From: Trichoplax adhaerens
Taxonomy: Eukaryota; Animalia; Placozoa
Length of the DNA: 64,000 nucleotides
Assembly (NCBI RefSeq): GCF_000150275.1
Contig: NW_002060949.1
Location: forward strand, 3,540,449 to 3,604,448
Direction: 5' to 3'
The notes beneath the pieces are model-generated. The model saw only the letters and a list, made by a program, of their open reading frames with translations. It searched no databases and had not been told where the DNA came from. This document shows positions 62,302-64,000 of this stretch, in pieces; positions within the stretch are counted from its first letter, which is position 1, and each line of letters opens with the position of its first letter. The position numbers and the translations under genes are program-made.

Positions 62302-64000
62302 CTAATAAAATACCATTAAAACTTTCATTTCAATATCTTTCATGAAACTAAGTATTGTTAGTAAGATACTATATTACAGTGTTGTTTTCGTGTATGTATC
62401 ATTGCGCAACTATCAAGATACCATTAATTTACTCATTAAAACATAAGACTGTTGTATTATTTTCCTTGAAGAAATAGATAGCATTGGTATAAGAAATATT
62501 GATCACAAATGAGATTCCAGTTAGGATAAAGAAAAAATAAATATGATTAGCGAATGATATCGCTCAATTATTGATAATCAAGTGAGCTTCCACATTCGTA
62601 TATCATTTTAAGAATAAATATATACCGGTTAAGTTTCAAGACATAGCAGACGAGTGTTGTAAGCATTGATGGCCATAAATTTAAACATGAATTTAGAAGT
62701 AACAATAGAATAGAATTAATTAAGGAGTAAGCTACTAAACCATTTCCATATCCAATCATTTCATTTTTTTTTTATAGTACATCTTGAAGGAAAATACTAT
62801 TTTTGATGAATGGATAACTCCACCCCCTGTTAGAAGCAACAATTTCTATAGTATAAACTTCTAGCTATTTTTTGGCGACCGATAATAATTTAATTTATAG
62901 GAAAATTCGTGACGAAATCATAAATATAATTGGTATATTTTATGTCTTTTGAAGTCATTCATTGGGGGTATACTTGTATACGTGTAAAAGTATTTCCGTG
63001 AAAATTATTAACGCCAACTGTAACTACTGGTCTACTAAGGTGATATTACAAGTTATCCATTTTCTATTAATACCGTATTTCTATCTCTATTTTAAAATGA
63101 GTTATTCTTAAGCAGTGATTACCCAAGTAAGGTAAGCTGGTAGATTACATAATCACTATGTTATCTATTATTTAATGCTTCCAGTCATTTTGAATACAAA
63201 TAGTATTTTATCTTGAACTGTTAGTGTAAAATGATTTCCAACGTAACTTTGATTCTAGGATAATCCATTGAAAGAATAAAATAGATATCATATCGAATGC
63301 TAGCCAAGCTATAGTATAACTAAATGACATTGTCAATATCCATTAGAGTTAATACTTTGATCGAATGCATACATATAATTCAATCCTATGGGAAGAACTA
63401 ATCTACAAAGCCTATAGCCTCTATTGTGATATACGTATAATTCGATATCACCATCTGGCTCATTATTTGGATATTAATAATTAAAATTATCACTTGGAAG
63501 GTAATATCATTAATTGTATTTTTCCTTCCATCGAATTGTATGGTAGAAAAGGGAAAAGTACCAATTATAAACAAGTAAATAAGCATCTGGTCAATCTAAA
63601 ATATCTTCTACACTATATACCTCTCTATATTATTCCATACGCTATATATATACGGGTATTATCATGATTAGGAGAAGAATGCAAGAAATCTTTTCTCAAA
63701 CTATTGTAATAAAATTGCCTAAAATCCGTTGACTTTGTCTAAAAATAATAGGATAATAATAAATTGCGTTAAAAATGCTTGAAATAGAGTATCCATTAGA
63801 TTATGATCACCAACTAGTTCATGAGTTCATAAGGAAGAGATTTTCCTTGCCTTCTATATATCCCATCGTAAGCTTGTTCAATTTTATGATCATCATTGTG
63901 AAGAAGAAATGGTAGTCTGGTAAAGGATTCCGGGTAGAATAGAATAGGAATAAATTGTGATCACTAACCGTAGGTCAATGAGGAAGAAAAGTTTACTCTA

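Noticed and set aside
62302-64000. Candidate first coding exon(s) of SLC12A8
   Set aside because: Several acceptor/donor-like sites exist, but no phase-consistent open exon with a start codon could be supported.

Overview
AT-rich, intron-rich animal genomic DNA with short GT-AG introns. Gene content and style suggest a basal metazoan such as a placozoan (Trichoplax-like); this is inference only. Nine protein-coding genes were reconstructed by hand. In order: RBM24/38-like (5'-partial, +), a Cys-type SelO-like AMPylase (-), an unknown 4-TM protein with a C-terminal helical module (+), an intronless 907-aa helical-repeat/J-domain protein (+), DNAJC27/RBJ (+), SLC25A32 (-), ERICH3-like with a C-terminal LRRC73-like LRR domain (-), STT3A (+) and SLC12A8 (5' unresolved, -). 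Non-coding features include a ~92-bp minisatellite, a ~60-70-bp minisatellite, a 138-bp MITE-like inverted repeat, a U12-type intron in STT3A and RFX X-boxes upstream of two cilia-associated genes. Most interesting: (1) the 907-aa protein, with five TPR-like modules, AP-2-type WxxF/FxDxF motifs and a terminal HPD J-like domain (Swa2/auxilin-like layout), next to a membrane protein with the same module; (2) a dense nest of TACAGTA/TACTGTA words that look like stacked Tc1/mariner excision footprints; (3) an in-frame ERICH3-LRR fusion; (4) a signal-peptide-like N-terminus on the Cys-SelO. No rRNA, tRNA, CRISPR array or transposase was recognised. Family assignments are from recalled motifs; no database search was run.
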